NCBI GenBank assembly: GCA_951406725.2
Contig: OX597833.1
Span: forward strand, 54,932,001 to 54,996,000
Direction of reading: 5' to 3'
DNA: 64,000 nt
Source: Octopus vulgaris
Lineage: Eukaryota
Position 1 is the stretch's first letter. Each line of letters begins with the position of its first letter. Under the pieces are notes generated by a model. It was not told the DNA's origin and made no database searches. It was given only the letters and a program-made list of their open reading frames with translations. Position numbers and translations under genes: made by a program. This document shows, one piece after another, positions 63,496 through 64,000 of the stretch.

Positions 63496-64000
63496 AATAA
63501 TAGTAATATAATAATGAAATTATTGTATATAGTGTTCAGGTACACCACAACTTGTCAAGAGTGTGTATAAAGCATATGCAATAATGTACAAATGTCTGGG
63601 AAGTGAACAGTGTATGAGTCAGATACATGCTTGTGCGTGTATGGAGGGGAGAAGATCAGGTGTAGTGTTGGCGAATCTCAGGAAGCATGGAAGTTTTGAA
63701 GGATGCAGTGCTCCGACAACTAACAACTGATGCTGGCAGTTTGTTCCATGCTTCAGCAACTCTTAGCCTGAAAAAATGTTTCCGAAAGTCATGGGAGCTG
63801 TGCTGTTTTCTGACTTTGTAAACATGTCCACGGGTGTAAGACAGATGGTGTTTGAAAAGGTGCTCAGAGTTATTGTTTGTAAGATGGTTAATAATTTTAT
63901 GGGTGTCTGCCAAGCAGCTGCCAGACGTCGGAGTTTCAATGTATCCATGCCCAGGGAAGTAAGGTGTTCAGAATACGGCAAATGCCTGATGGAGGGTATT
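63496..64000 (-). mobile_element. CR1-clade LINE 3' end (frameshifted RT C-terminus), continuing beyond the window
   Basis: YSEHLTSLGMDTLKLRRL..TRGHVYKV..RKHFFRLRVAEAWNKLP..FK; ORFs 63763..63981 and 63656..63913. Confidence 0.85.

Overview
AT-rich, repeat-dense eukaryotic DNA. The SINE families and microsatellite load point to an octopus genome (inference), probably a large intron or intergenic tract. I found no convincing host protein-coding exon; the ORF track is mostly microsatellite or SINE translation. The only recognisable coding remnants are 3' fragments of LINEs (two RTE, two CR1-type, R4/Dong-like). The window also holds many tRNA-derived SINEs with swapped tails, piggyBac-like (TTAA), Merlin-like (8-bp TSD) and hAT MITEs, a nested non-autonomous Helitron, and a short 18S rRNA-like fragment. 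The main signal is about six apparently unrelated small non-coding elements, each carrying a minimal type I hammerhead ribozyme (HHR) fold. These include a 363-bp retrozyme-like unit with a U3-A8 core, and a TSD-flanked tRNA-headed element that combines a Pol III promoter, an HHR and a Penelope-like inverted end. All calls were made by eye; family names and ribozyme activity need computational or experimental confirmation.
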